Positions 63,517 to 64,000 of a DNA stretch of 64,000 bases are shown piece by piece. The DNA comes from a virus (taxonomy: Duplodnaviria > Caudoviricetes): the IMG/VR virus record IMGVR_UViG_3300005544_000001, positions 14,392 through 78,391 of that record, one strand, 5' to 3'. The notes under the pieces are model-generated. The model was not told the origin of the DNA. It ran no database searches and saw only the letters and a list, made by a program, of their open reading frames with translations. Within the stretch, counting starts at the first letter, position 1. Each line of letters begins with the position of its first letter. A program made the translations under genes and the position numbers.

Positions 63517-63736
63517 TTAAGAAGTTTTGCCGCCTCGCGGATGGCGCTGCCGGCCGCGCAGTTGTGCCATAAAGAGAGCGGCCCGGTGACTTGGCTGGAA
63601 ATCCGTTCGTCAGCAAAGCCACAGAAACGTCCGTGGCCGCGTCCGCGTTAAGGATCACGGCGTCCTTGCTAGCAGAACCCCGTCTCGCCGCACGCGCATC
63701 ATTCCAGTTGCTCACCGGGCCTTTGGTTTTGGGGCA

Positions 63737-64000
63737 TCAGTTCGCCGGGACCATGTCCTTGGCGATATTCGTAAATCGACGACTCGGCTGTTTGGCCTGC
63801 TCCTGTTCCTCGTTCTTAACGCAGAGCCCGGGAAAATAAAATTGCCCGAAGGCGTCAATGATCTGCTTGGCCTGGATGCGCTCGCAACTGTGGATGCCGT
63901 GACGGGCGGCGACATTGTTGAACCAGCCAAACTCCACGTCATGAATCCTGAGCTTCAATACCGGGCGCCCGAGATCGTCCACCAGATGTCCGCGTTCATC
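63737..64000 (-). CDS. C-terminal part of a putative phage metallopeptidase-domain protein
   Basis: Frame open at the window edge; DDLGRPVLKLRIHDVEFGWF..VAARHG..S.E pattern. Confidence 0.6.
   Translation of the reverse strand, partial: DERGHLVDDLGRPVLKLRIHDVEFGWFNNVAARHGIHSCERIQAKQIIDAFGQFYFPGLCVKNEEQEQAKQPSRRFTNIAKDMVPAN

Larger units (their letters stand above)
1..64000. mobile_element. Tailed dsDNA bacteriophage/prophage segment (podovirus-like; head and terminase genes not in window)
   Basis: Convergent arms: tail, lysis and ejection genes on +; integrase, DnaB, initiator, recombination genes and small ORFs on -. Tight ATGA-type overlaps; no host housekeeping genes seen. Confidence 0.93.

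Noticed and set aside
63513-63740. Gene between 63516 and 63737
   Set aside because: No frame gives a coherent start-to-stop product; possibly a decayed gene.
1-64000. Prophage boundaries, att sites, terminase, portal, major capsid, rRNA
   Set aside because: None recognisable; they probably lie outside the window.

Overview
The whole 64 kb reads as one tailed dsDNA bacteriophage or prophage with a podovirus-like layout; no host genes or genome ends are visible. The left part (1-40853, + strand) holds late and virion genes: a vWA protein, a cluster of glycosyltransferases, methyltransferases and a radical SAM enzyme, tail tube and fibre-like genes, several signal-peptide-bearing beta-helix or glycoside hydrolase proteins, a lysis cassette, ejection proteins and a 3655-aa DarB-like polyvalent protein. 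The right part (40834-64000, mostly - strand) holds early genes: a tyrosine recombinase, an XRE regulator, DnaB, a replication initiator, RecE/Sak4/SbcC-like recombination genes, HNH nucleases and many small ORFs. The standout is 4611-5793: a lone 210-aa Cas7/RAMP-like gene with no other cas genes, followed by a ~465-nt array of GGY-NN pentamers. The array is split into four tracts by small hairpins, and four more GGY-NN units sit in the gene's own leader. This fits a compact RNA-guided system of the type I recall being reported as VIPR (recalled, not verified here). Also notable are a 130-nt tRNA/tmRNA-like RNA with alanine identity elements, a neighbouring pseudoknot-like structured RNA, a repeated CCGCTTGACAAT promoter motif with apparently leaderless genes, two C4/CI-like regulatory leaders and a parS-like palindrome. 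A Verrucomicrobiota host is a weak inference. All protein family calls come from motif recognition by eye; no searches were run.
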